Assembly (NCBI GenBank): GCA_963800275.1
Contig: CAWDAI010000013.1
Span: 69,403-133,402 of the forward strand
Direction of reading: 5' to 3'
DNA from: an uncultured Chloroflexia bacterium
Lineage (GTDB): Bacteria; Chloroflexota; Limnocylindria; Limnocylindrales; CSP1-4
Length of the DNA: 64,000 bases
Below the pieces are notes generated by a model, which did not search any database, was not told the origin of the DNA, and worked only from the letters and a program-made list of their open reading frames with translations. Below, piece after piece: positions 55,197 through 64,000 of this stretch (positions are counted from its first letter, which is position 1; the number at the start of each line of letters is the position of its first letter). Position numbers and translations under genes: made by a program.

Positions 55197-56642
55197 ATGG
55201 ACGCACCGACCTCCGTTCGCTTCTCCCGTCGCACCAAGCTCGTCGCCACCATCGGTCCCGCCAGCATCGGCCTCGTCGACCGCCTGATCGAGACCGGGCT
55301 GGACATCGCGCGCATCAACTTCTCGCATGGCACCGAAGCCGAGCACCTGCACACCGCCGAGCTCGTCCGGGCCGCCGCGGCCGCTGCCGGCCGCACGGTC
55401 GGCATCCTCGCCGACCTGCCCGGCCCCAAGTTGCGCCTGGGCCAGCTCGAACCGGAGCCACTCGAGCTGGAGACCGGTTCCAGGCTCGAGCTGACCGGCC
55501 CCGGGGCGACCGCGTCGCCCGCCTCGCTGCCGTTGACCGATGGCTCGGTGGCTGCCAGCCTGCAGCCGGACGACCGGGTCCTCCTCGCCGATGGTGCGGC
55601 CGAGCTGCGGGTGGTGGGCGTGGACGAGGGCGTCGCGATCTGCGACGTGGTCAGAGGCGGCACCGTCCGCTCCCGTCAGGGCGCGAACGTCCCCGCCGCG
55701 CGCCTGGACCCCCACGCGCTGAGCCAGGCCGACGAGGCGGTGATCCCGCACCTGCTGGCGCTGGCGCCCGACTTCGTGGGCCAGTCGTTCGTCCGCTCCG
55801 CTGCCGACGTGCGGCTGCTGCGCTCCCGCATCCCAGCGTCCATCGCCATCGTGGCCAAGATCGAGACGCGCCCGGCGATCGACGACATCGGGGCCATCCT
55901 CGAGGCGGCCGACGGCATCATGGTCGCGCGCGGCGACCTGGGCGTGGAACTGCCCTTCGAGCACGTGCCGCTGGTGCAGAAGGACCTCGTGCGCGCGGCG
56001 CTCGCGGCGGGCAAGCCGAGCATCGTCGCGACGCAGATGCTGGAGTCCATGATCGGGGCCCCGCGACCGACCCGGGCCGAGGCCGGCGACGTGGCCAACG
56101 CCATCATCGACGGTGCCGATGCGGTCATGCTCAGCGGCGAGACGGCGATCGGTGCCTTCCCGCTCGAATCGCTGCGGGCGATGGAGCGGATCGCGGCTTG
56201 CACCGACGCCTTCAAGCAACCGACGCGCCCACCGGCCGGGACGCCCTCGTTCGGCCCCGATGTCGATGCCCGTGCGCTGGCCACGGCCGCGGTCTCCATG
56301 GCTGACACCGACCCCGACGTGGTCGCGCTCGCCTGCTACACCCACTCGGGTCGGACGCCGCGTCGGCTCTCCTCGCTGCGTCCGGGAGTGCCCATCGCGG
56401 CGTTCACCCCGACCGCCCCGATCGCCCGTTCGCTGACCCTGCGCCGGGCCGTGCACCCGGTGGTCATGGCCGTCGATCCGGAGGACCCGGCCGTCATCAG
56501 CGAGGCCGTCATCCACGCGCTGCGGGAGCGAGGCTCCGAGCTGGACCTGCGCGCCGATGACGCCATCGTGCTGGTGCAGACGAGCGTGCGCGGTGGGCCC
56601 AACGCCCTGGAGCTGCTGCGCCTCCGAGCGCCGGCGGTGTGA
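55197..56642 (+). CDS. pyk: Pyruvate kinase
   Basis: RRTKLVATIGPAS, NFSHG, MVARGDLGVE, and TQMLESM motifs. Confidence 0.9.
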   Translation: MDAPTSVRFSRRTKLVATIGPASIGLVDRLIETGLDIARINFSHGTEAEHLHTAELVRAAAAAAGRTVGILADLPGPKLRLGQLEPEPLELETGSRLELTGPGATASPASLPLTDGSVAASLQPDDRVLLADGAAELRVVGVDEGVAICDVVRGGTVRSRQGANVPAARLDPHALSQADEAVIPHLLALAPDFVGQSFVRSAADVRLLRSRIPASIAIVAKIETRPAIDDIGAILEAADGIMVARGDLGVELPFEHVPLVQKDLVRAALAAGKPSIVATQMLESMIGAPRPTRAEAGDVANAIIDGADAVMLSGETAIGAFPLESLRAMERIAACTDAFKQPTRPPAGTPSFGPDVDARALATAAVSMADTDPDVVALACYTHSGRTPRRLSSLRPGVPIAAFTPTAPIARSLTLRRAVHPVVMAVDPEDPAVISEAVIHALRERGSELDLRADDAIVLVQTSVRGGPNALELLRLRAPAV

Positions 56643-56702
56643 GCCCCGGCTCGCGGCCCGAAGCTCGAAGCTCGAGCGTGGAAGTTCGGATATGGTGGAC
56701 CC

Positions 56703-57098
56703 GTGATCGATTTCGAGGATGACGGCCGCTACCAGCCCGGCGTGTGCAACATCGGGCCGGCCGAGATCGCCCGCCGGCGGCAGGCGGGCTACACCGGTCT
56801 CGCCGGGACGCTGGCCCTGGCGGTCTTGCTCCGGCTGGTCCATGCGCCAGCCTGGCTGCGCCTGTCGGTGGCCCTGCCGGCCGCCGTCTCGATCTCGGGC
56901 TTCATCCAGGCACGCAGTCGCTTCTGCGCCGGCTTCGGCATGGCCGGGTTGCGCAACTTCGGCGACCTCGGGGAGGAGGTCCGCGTGGCCGACCCGCAGG
57001 CCCGCGCCGCGGATCGACGCCGCTCGCTGCGGATACAGGCGGTTTCGGCGGCCGGCGGCCTCGCAGTCGGCATCGCCAACGCGTTGTTGCCCGACTGA
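56703..57098 (+). CDS. Hypothetical membrane protein (131 aa)
   Basis: GTG-start ORF with YQPGVCNIGPAEIARRR followed by two or three hydrophobic helices. Family not recognised. Confidence 0.5.
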   Translation: MIDFEDDGRYQPGVCNIGPAEIARRRQAGYTGLAGTLALAVLLRLVHAPAWLRLSVALPAAVSISGFIQARSRFCAGFGMAGLRNFGDLGEEVRVADPQARAADRRRSLRIQAVSAAGGLAVGIANALLPD

Positions 57099-57172
57099 CC
57101 GGAGCCGCGCCCGTTCGACGGCTTGTGCCGCCCCGTAGACTGCGCCCAACACGCACGATCGAGGTAGTGACG

Positions 57173-58382
57173 ATGGGCCGACTGACAACCACCGCCGGAG
57201 TCCTCCTGCTGGCGCTGACCGGCAGCGGAGCCGCCGCCGCGCAGGACGCGTCGCCCGACTCGTCCGAGCCGCCCGCACCGTCCGCGGTCGCCGCTTCACC
57301 TGCGGGCGGGGTGTCCGAGGCCACGCCGTCCCGATTGCGCAAGGCGAGCGTGCCCGTGGCCGGCCCGGGCATGCTCCGTCTTCGACCTCATCGAAGGCGG
57401 GCCCGGCTATATCGCGGTGGGCGGCGGTACGCCGACCGGGCTCGACCACCACGCGCTGATCTGGGTCTCGGACGACGGCGTCACCTGGCAGTCGGTGCCC
57501 CTGTTCGGCGAGGCCGCGTCCGGCACCATCCGCGGTGTCGCGGCCCTGCCCACTGGCGGCTTCGTGGCTGCCGGCCACGACTTCGAGCCCCAGACGGAGC
57601 GCCCGGACATGGTCCATCTGCTCACGTGGGTCTCCGATGGACGGCATCTCCTGGTCCCGCGGCCCAGCCGATGCCTCCTTCCCCGGCTCCATGGCCCTGG
57701 GCGCTACGACCACGCCCGACGGCGTCGCGCTGGCCGGCTGCAGCGCCGGGTTCCACTGTGATGTCGGGCGCGTCTGGACCACGACCGACGGCCGAGAGGT
57801 GGGCGATGGAGGACGGCATCGCCATGGCTCCCTACAGCATCGCCGCCTCCGATGCCGGCGAGCTCGTGATCGGCGGTGAGGACGATGCCTATGACCTGGT
57901 CAATGGCCAGGCCGCGGTGGCCTCTTCCGCGGACGACTGGACGATCCACGTCCTGGGGACCGGTGATTCGCAGGTCAGCGGTCTGACTCGGGCCGGCGAT
58001 GGCTTCGCCGCGACGGGATACCTGGTGGAGTCGGCAGGCGAGGTGCTCGGCAGCATGGTGGCAACCTCCGCCGACGGCATCGACTGGACCATCACCGAGC
58101 CCAGGCAGCTCAAACACGGCACCGTCACCGCAGGCATCGATGCGGCCGGCGACCTGGTGGTGGTGTCCGGCAGCCGCTACGACGCGAGGAAGGACCGGAC
58201 CGTGCCGATCGTGCTCTGGGGTCGCGCCTCGGAGGAGTCTCCAACGCATGGCTCTGCCCAAGCGGCTCGACCGCAAGACCTTTGGCACGACCGGGGTCCG
58301 CCTGAGCGAGGACGGGGCCATGGCCTTCGTGCTCGGCACCGAGCAGAACCGGCCGGCCATCTGGTACAGCGTCATCGAGTAG
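57173..58382 (+). pseudogene. Secreted BNR/Asp-box beta-propeller protein broken by at least four frame shifts
   Basis: A signal peptide after GAGG-ATG at 57173. Asp-box motifs (SDDGVTW, S-DGISW, TTDGREW, SADGIDW) and the C-terminus ...NRPAIWYSVIE are spread over three frames. Breaks lie near 57360-57372, 57638-57639, 57797-57802 and 58220-58245. Confidence 0.65.
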
Positions 58383-58407
58383 TCGTGCAGCCGGCTGGCA
58401 AGGCCGC

Positions 58408-59898
58408 GTGACAGCATCTCCGGCCACCGGCTCGCGGTTCGCCGACCCGATCTCGATCGCGACGGTCGTGGCCCTTTCGGTCCTGCCGTTCCTGTTCCTG
58501 CTGCCCTTGTTCGGTGCACCCTTCGAGCGAGACCAGGGCACCTACGCGACGATCGCACGCGGCTGGACCGAGGGGGCCATCCCCTACCGCGACCTGTGGG
58601 ACAACAAGGGCCCGCTGCTCTTCCTGTGGTACGTCGTCTCCTTCCTGGGACTGGGCGAGACGACCACTGCACCACAGGTGATGGCCGGCCTCGTGGCCGG
58701 GCTGTGCGTGCCCTTCGTGTGGGCCACGGCGGGGGTCCTGTTCGATCGCCGCACCGCGCTCCTCTCCGCTGCCGCCTTCGCGCTCTCGTTCGCGAACGTC
58801 TACCTGCAGGTGACGGCCAACGGCGAGGTCTTCATGCTGCTTCCGCTCACGGCTGGCCTGTGGGCCTTCGCGGTGGGTGCGATCGGAGGCCGGCTGCGCT
58901 GGTTCGTGCTGGCCGGGATCCTGACGACGCTGGCCGTGCTCACACGCCAGTCGGCCGTCTGGACCTTCATCGGCTACGGCGCCTGGCTCGTCGCCCTCTG
59001 GTGGCGCCACCCGGCGGAGCGCGCGCGTCTGTCCCGAGCCGCCGCCGCCCTCGTGGCGGGCGTGGTGCTGGGGGCGGCCCCCTGCATCCTCTACTTCGCG
59101 GCCAACGGCGCGGCGGCGGACCTGTGGCACGCGACCTTCGGCTACAACCTCTCGTGGGCAGCCACGCAGTCGTTCTGGCTCAAGCTGGTGCCGCCGCTCC
59201 TGTCCGATCCACTGTCACTGCTCGGCGGGCTGCTCTTCTGGGGCCTCGCCCTCGTCGGCATCTGGCGCCTCTGGCGGCGGGGCGACCGTCGAGCGTGGCT
59301 GGTGCTCGCGGTCCTGGTGGCGTCCGAGGCCGCCGCCCAGACCACCGGCAAGGGCAGCGCCCACTACGTGATCCAGCTGCTGCCCACGGCCGCCATCGCG
59401 GTCGGCGTGGCGGTGCCCTTCGTGGCCGCCCGCCGGCAGCGACGTGCGGTGGCCGCGGCGCTCGCTGCCTGCCTGCTGGTCACGCTCGGCCTGGCCGCGT
59501 TGGCCTACCTGCAGCCGACGGCCACCGACCGCTTCCGCGTGCAGTACACCTTCGGCGACTACGCCGCCGACGCCATCGATGGCGGCGCGGTGGCCACGGC
59601 TGTGGCGCGCCTGACCGACCCCCATGACTGCGTCTACGAGTGGGGACGGTCCAGCCAGGTCTTCTTCCTGGCCCACCGGACCCCCTGCAGCCGCTGGCTC
59701 CATGACCGCCCGTCGGCGGTGGACCCGAGCGTCATCGACGAGGTCCTCGCCGATCTGGAGGCACACGCACCGGGAGCGATCGTGGTCACCACCGATCGGC
59801 CCCCGCCACCCGGTCTGCGCGACCTCATCGATGCCCGCTACGCCCTCGCCGAGCAGGTGGCCTATGCCGCGATCTACACGCCGCGCGGTGACCCCTAG
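58408..59898 (+). CDS. GT-C glycosyltransferase (family 39 / ArnT-PMT_2-like) membrane protein
   Basis: ERDQGTYATIARGWTEGAIPYRDLWDNKGPLLF loop after TM1, many TM helices, and a soluble C-terminal domain. Confidence 0.8.
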   Translation: MTASPATGSRFADPISIATVVALSVLPFLFLLPLFGAPFERDQGTYATIARGWTEGAIPYRDLWDNKGPLLFLWYVVSFLGLGETTTAPQVMAGLVAGLCVPFVWATAGVLFDRRTALLSAAAFALSFANVYLQVTANGEVFMLLPLTAGLWAFAVGAIGGRLRWFVLAGILTTLAVLTRQSAVWTFIGYGAWLVALWWRHPAERARLSRAAAALVAGVVLGAAPCILYFAANGAAADLWHATFGYNLSWAATQSFWLKLVPPLLSDPLSLLGGLLFWGLALVGIWRLWRRGDRRAWLVLAVLVASEAAAQTTGKGSAHYVIQLLPTAAIAVGVAVPFVAARRQRRAVAAALAACLLVTLGLAALAYLQPTATDRFRVQYTFGDYAADAIDGGAVATAVARLTDPHDCVYEWGRSSQVFFLAHRTPCSRWLHDRPSAVDPSVIDEVLADLEAHAPGAIVVTTDRPPPPGLRDLIDARYALAEQVAYAAIYTPRGDP

Positions 59899-60004
59899 AG
59901 CCGGTGCAGCCCGCACCACGCGTGCCCTTGGACCGATCTCCGGTCCATGTCACAATGCGCAGGTCGGCAGTCAGGTGTCCGGCGCAAGCGGGGAGTCGGA
60001 GCTC

Positions 60005-60748
60005 ATGGTCAAGCAACACGGTCAGCGCCTCGCCGGCGCCGATCCCGCACGCGACCGCGCCACGCTGCTGCGGGCGATGCTGGTGGCGCTGCTGCTGGCG
60101 GTGCTGATCCAGACGCCGGTCGCGGCGGGCAAGTCCAAGGTCGTGACCAAGGGGCCGTCGAGCAGCGGCGGGGTGGCGCTCACCTTCGATGACGGCTGGG
60201 GGATCACGTCCTGCGAGCGGATCACGACGACCCTGCGTGAGATGGGTGCCTCGGCTACCTTCTTCATCAACGGCACCCATCTGCGGGCGGACCCCAAGCG
60301 CTGGCGCAAGATCCTGGCAGGGTTCCCCGTGGCCAACCACACTCGCAGTCACCCTTGGCTGACGCGCCTGCCGGGCTACAAGATCAAGGGCCAGATCCGC
60401 ACCAACCAGTGGATCCACCACTCGGCGCTGGGGCGACCGATGCTGCGCCTGCTGCGCCCGCCCTACGGCGCCTACGACGACCGGGTGCGCCGGGTCGCAC
60501 GCAAGCTCCGCTATCGGAAGATCGTGCTTTGGAGCCAGAGCGCCGCTGACTCCTCGTCGAAGGCCACCGTCTCCTCCATCATCCGCCACACCACCGGTGG
60601 CGGGCCGGGGTCGATCATCCTCATGCACTGCGGACCTTCGGTGACCGCGGACGCGCTGCCCGCGATCATCCGCCACTACCAGCGCCGCGGCATCAAGCTC
60701 ATCGGCCTCGACGAGATGTTCGGCTACTCCACCACCAAGTACCGCTGA
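60005..60748 (+). CDS. Polysaccharide deacetylase (NodB domain), paralog of 29875-31158
   Basis: TFDDGW, ANHTRSH, RPPYG, and LMHCG. Collinear by eye with the N-terminal domain of the 29875 gene. Start chosen at MVKQHGQ. Confidence 0.85.
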   Translation: MVKQHGQRLAGADPARDRATLLRAMLVALLLAVLIQTPVAAGKSKVVTKGPSSSGGVALTFDDGWGITSCERITTTLREMGASATFFINGTHLRADPKRWRKILAGFPVANHTRSHPWLTRLPGYKIKGQIRTNQWIHHSALGRPMLRLLRPPYGAYDDRVRRVARKLRYRKIVLWSQSAADSSSKATVSSIIRHTTGGGPGSIILMHCGPSVTADALPAIIRHYQRRGIKLIGLDEMFGYSTTKYR

Positions 60749-60827
60749 CCCGGGGCCGTCGCCCACCCCTGCGGGCGGCCCAGCGCGAGGGGCGAGCCGC
60801 CCAGGAACTGCCGCTCGTGCGGCGGGG

Positions 60828-61984
60828 TCAGCGCGCGCCGAGGATGTGCTCGATGGCCAGCTGGTCGATGCGCGAGAAGCTCATCGAGCGGGCGCCCACG
60901 GCAGCCGCGTCGATCTCTTCCGCTCGCAGCGCTTCGATGGTCTCACCATCGGACATGGTGGGCTCGCCGAGCTGGTCCACGCGTGCGGCCTTGAGCGCCT
61001 CCTGCACCTCGGGGTCCGCCCGGAAGGCGGCCGCCCGCTCGCGCAGGATGAGATAGGTGCGCATGTTGGACTCGGCCGTGACCCAGACATCGTCACCGAG
61101 GTCGGTGCGCAGCGGCTTGTAGTCGAAGTGGCGGGGCCCCTCGTAGCCGCCGTTCTCCAGCAGGTCCACCAGGTAGAACGCGCTCTGCAGGTCGCCGTGG
61201 CCGAAGACCAGGTCCTGGTCGTACTTGATCCCGTGCTGGCCGTTGAGGTCGATGTGGAAGAGCTTGCCTTGCCACAGGGCCTGGGCCACGCCGTGCACGA
61301 AGTTGAGCCCGGCCATCTGCTCGTGGCCGACCTCCGGGTTGAGGCCCACCATCTCGGGGTGCTCGAGCGTCCCGATGAAGGCCATGGCATGGCCGATCGT
61401 GGGCAGGAACATGTCGCCACGCGGCTCGTTGGGCTTGGGCTCGAGGGCGAACCTGAGGCCGTAGCCCTGGTCGAGGGAGTACTGGCAGAGGATGTCGAAG
61501 GCTTCCTTGAAGCGGTCGAGCGCCGCCTTGAGGTCCTTGCTGCCGTCGACCTCCGCACCTTCACGTCCACCCCAGAAGACGTAGGTCTCGGCGCCCAGCT
61601 CCGCGGCCAGGTCCAGGTTGCGCATGACCTTGCGCAGGGCGAACCGGCGGACGTCACGGTCGTTGGCGGTGAAGGCGCCGTCCTTGAAGATGGGGTGGAA
61701 GAAGAGGTTGGTCGTCAGCATCGGCGCCTTCAGCCCGGTCTTCTCCAGCGCGTCCTTGAAGCGACGGATGTGCTCCTCGCGCGCTCCCTCGTCGGAGCCG
61801 AAGGGGATGAGGTCGTCATCGTGGAAGGTGACGCCGTAGGCGCCCAGCTCGGCCAGGCGATAGACCGCCTCCACCGGGTCCATGGCGGGTCGCGTCGGTG
61901 CCCCGAAGGGTCTCCCGCGCGATAGCCCACGGTCCACAGACCGAAGGTGAACTTGTCCGCCGGGGTCGGCTGATATGAGCTCAT
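60828..61984 (-). pseudogene. xylA: Xylose isomerase (actinobacterial short type) with a frame break after codon 26
   Basis: [26 protein letters not shown] follows a strong SD (GAGGAGGAAG). [33 protein letters not shown]...WGGREG continues in another frame. The break at 61906-61910 equals a 1-nt deletion in a short C or T run. Confidence 0.8.
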
Positions 61985-62136
61985 GACTTCCTCCTCGGCC
62001 GCCACGCGTGCGACGGCACCCTCACGTGCTGATGGTCTCATCCTACGCCCCCGATGTAAGCGCTTCCAAGTCCGTCGGTCAGGTTCCGGCGTGACCTTCT
62101 GCTCCGCAGCTGCGCGAGGGCGCCACGGGCCCAGGG

Positions 62137-62919
62137 TCAGGCACGAAGGCGCGCGACCCAGATCTCCTCGCCCGGCCACTGCCGGCCCCACTGCGCGGTG
62201 ATGTAGCCGTAGTACTCGTGCGTGACCCCACCCTCCGGCACCTGCAGCTCGATGAGGTCCTCGATCTCGAAGCCGGTCTCGCGCAAGAGACGGATCCAGC
62301 TGCCGTGGGACAGGACGTACTCGGTGCCCGAGTCGTCTGGCCACTTGACGCTGGACATCCCGAACAGCGGTCGCTGCAGGGTCGTCGTGACGTCGCCAAC
62401 GTCCGGCGCGCAGAGGTAGGCCAGGGTGGAGGAGACCAGGAAGACGAGACGGCCGCCGGGACGGAGCACCCGCGCGGCCTCGGGCACCCATCGCCCGGGA
62501 TCGGCCCAGAGCGAGGCACCGTATTCGGAGATGGCCAGGTCGAACGAGGCGTCGGGGAGGGGCAGGGACTCACCGACGCCTTCGACGAGCGGGAACTCCA
62601 GGCCGGTCTCGGCCTGCAGCCGGCGGACCGTGGCCAGCTGCGCCGGCGTCGGGTCGAGGGCCACGGGCCGGGCGCCACGCCGCGCGAGCCAGGCGCTGAA
62701 GTAGCCCGTCCCGCAACCGAGATCGAGGACGTCCAGCCCGGCCACCTCGCCGAGCGGCGAGCCGATCGCCTCATCGGGCACCCCGAACATGCCCCAGGTG
62801 ATGGCCTCGGCGTTCCAGGTACGGGCCGCGTCAGCGTCGCCGTACTCCTCGTTGATGCGGGTCCACTGCTCGATGGTGCCGGCCAGCACCTCCTGATCGG
62901 GACCGTCGTGCCTGGTCAT
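62137..62919 (-). CDS. Class I SAM-dependent methyltransferase
   Basis: [16 protein letters not shown] and [10 protein letters not shown] motifs. AGGAGG lies 7 nt upstream of the internal ATG at 62919. Confidence 0.8.
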   Translation of the reverse strand: MTRHDGPDQEVLAGTIEQWTRINEEYGDADAARTWNAEAITWGMFGVPDEAIGSPLGEVAGLDVLDLGCGTGYFSAWLARRGARPVALDPTPAQLATVRRLQAETGLEFPLVEGVGESLPLPDASFDLAISEYGASLWADPGRWVPEAARVLRPGGRLVFLVSSTLAYLCAPDVGDVTTTLQRPLFGMSSVKWPDDSGTEYVLSHGSWIRLLRETGFEIEDLIELQVPEGGVTHEYYGYITAQWGRQWPGEEIWVARLRA

Positions 62920-63297
62920 GGCGTGTCCTCCTGCGTCTCGCCCGTTCCCCGCCTGGAGGCGGGCCACTTCGGAGTCGGCCTGGCGCACGCCGAGCGCGAT
63001 CAGGCCGCCGGTCAGCAGCCCCACCAGGGCATAGGCCGGGAGCCAGTCCTGGACCGCCTCGGGTGGCGAGACCAGGAGCACCACCGCCAGCAGCAAGGGC
63101 GCACCGGCCGCCGCCAACAGGGCGCCGCCGGCCGCCGCGTGCCCCGCCTGCCAGGTGGCATCGTCGGCGCGCAGCGCCCGGTTGCGCAGGCCGATCCAGT
63201 GGTTCCGCGGCAGGCGGCCGGTGAGTCCGGCGAGACCGACGCCTGCGAGCGCCGCCGACAGGGCCAGCAGGGCGACCGCGATGAGCCCGGCCTCCAT
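62920..63297 (-). CDS. SdpI/YhfL-like membrane segment reading in frame into the methyltransferase (no stop codon)
   Basis: Three hydrophobic helices and GRLPRNHWIGLRNRALRADDATWQAGH (SdpI-family motif). The ORF continues without a stop into 62919. Confidence 0.5.
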
Positions 63298-63300
63298 CGG

Positions 63301-63894
63301 TCAGGCCCCGGGCTCGGCGTCGGTGGTGGGCAGGATCGTGGCCAGCTGGTGCTCGAGCCCCTCCTCGCTGAAGGGGCCGAGGCTGAAGGCGCGCACGACC
63401 CCGTCCGGGTCCACGAAGAAGGAGGTCGGCTTGCCCACGCCCATGTAAGCGTCCCAGGCGGCGTCGTCGGCATCGTCGAGCATGGTCCAGGTGGCGCCCT
63501 GGTCGGCCGCGAAACGGCGGCCGTTCTCCACGATGTCGTCGCTCAGGATGCCCAGGATCACCAGGCCCTCGTCGGCGTGCTCGGCGTAGGCCTTCACCAT
63601 CAGCGGGAACTCCTCGCGGCAGGGGCCGCACCAGGTCGCCCAGAAGTTGATGAGGACCGGCTTCCCGCGAAGCGAGGAGAGGGTCACGCGCTCGCCGTCG
63701 AACGACTCGAGATCGATCTCCGGGGCCGGTCGGCCGAAGAGGGGATGGCCACCGACGGTGATCGAATCGGTCGCGCCGTCGTCGCGACCGAGGGGCAGGA
63801 AGAGGAAGGCGCTGACCGCGACGACCAGGAGGAGGACGAGTCCCAGGAGCAGGACCGCCCGCAGCGGTGGTCGGGCGGTCGTCTCAGGCGGCAC
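63301..63894 (-). CDS. TlpA/ResA-family thiol-disulfide oxidoreductase
   Basis: N-terminal TM anchor and the FWATWCGPC thioredoxin motif. Confidence 0.9.
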   Translation of the reverse strand: MPPETTARPPLRAVLLLGLVLLLVVAVSAFLFLPLGRDDGATDSITVGGHPLFGRPAPEIDLESFDGERVTLSSLRGKPVLINFWATWCGPCREEFPLMVKAYAEHADEGLVILGILSDDIVENGRRFAADQGATWTMLDDADDAAWDAYMGVGKPTSFFVDPDGVVRAFSLGPFSEEGLEHQLATILPTTDAEPGA

Positions 63895-64000
63895 TGCCCG
63901 GCAGCAGGGACATGAGCCAGGGCAGCAGTGTCAGGCCGATGGCGCCGATCCCGACGATGAAGTAGACGGGCATGAGGCGGCTGGGCCAGGCTTTCTCGGG
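63884..64000 (-). CDS. C-terminal end of a CcdA/DsbD-family cytochrome c biogenesis membrane protein (partial at window edge)
   Basis: Hand translation gives ...EKAWPSRLMPVYFIVGIGAIGLTLLPWLMSLLPGSAA, then TGA at 63884-63886, overlapping the start of the TlpA gene. The gene context is typical. Confidence 0.55.
   Translation of the reverse strand, partial: PEKAWPSRLMPVYFIVGIGAIGLTLLPWLMSLLPGSAA

Noticed and set aside
54993-57782. 929-aa minus-strand ORF
   Set aside because: It is antisense to pyruvate kinase and its downstream genes. It is a shadow ORF.
56744-58411. 555-aa ORF treated as one gene
   Set aside because: Its first third overlaps the 56703 gene out of frame. The middle alternates between real and out-of-frame segments of the BNR gene. 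I interpret it as a frameshifted pseudogene starting at 57173.
62218-63915. 565-aa plus-strand ORF
   Set aside because: It is antisense to the methyltransferase, SdpI-like and TlpA genes, all of which have clear motifs.
1-64000. Search for CRISPR arrays, rRNA, IS elements, integrases or transposases, and long (over 100 bp) repeats
   Set aside because: I saw no regularly spaced repeats, no rRNA-like segments, and no DDE or tyrosine-recombinase motifs in any listed ORF. The only mobile-element traces are the terminase fragment and the tRNA-derived repeat.

Overview
This is a high-GC chromosomal segment: hand counts of single 60-nt lines gave about 73% GC in core genes and 60-65% in one island. 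Gene content looks Actinomycetota-like, which is an inference. I support about 70 protein-coding genes, 2 tRNAs (tRNA-Lys UUU and an initiator-type tRNA-Met), and several GC-rich hairpin terminators. I saw no rRNA, CRISPR array, intact IS element or integrase. Core landmarks are the xfp-ackA phosphoketolase operon, a complete mrpABCDEFG antiporter operon followed by pyk, and a DrrAB-like ABC exporter. Others are a P3A-like P-type ATPase, two class III nucleotidyl cyclases (one fused to a STAND ATPase and TPR repeats), an actinobacterial-type xylA, and oxidative-folding genes (a VKOR-thioredoxin fusion, TlpA/ResA and CcdA). The most interesting regions are listed here. (1) A decayed integrative island sits at tRNA-Lys. 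It is bounded by an 18-nt direct copy of the tRNA 3' end that lies inside a terminase fragment. It carries an orphan Sfp-type PPTase coupled to a sugar transferase, and is followed by an uncharacterised two-gene module with a nuclease-like motif. (2) A LacI-linked trio may form an undescribed nucleotide-sugar route: a GDP-mannose-3,5-epimerase-like enzyme, a compact fucokinase-like GHMP kinase, and a tandem cytidylyltransferase whose N-terminal copy has lost its catalytic motifs. (3) The P-type ATPase has its near-invariant TGES motif changed to TGKS. (4) There are small Cys/His-rich proteins: a HypB-like N-terminal CxxCGC peptide, and a PadR-coupled Cys/His protein. (5) An SdpI-like ORF runs in frame into a methyltransferase that has its own Shine-Dalgarno site. 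On data quality, one in-frame TAG and at least eight single-nucleotide frame breaks disrupt otherwise recognisable genes. Four of the breaks fall in one BNR/Asp-box gene. These are either real pseudogenes or short-homopolymer assembly errors, and the sequence alone cannot separate the two. All family assignments rest on motif recognition by eye, with no database search.
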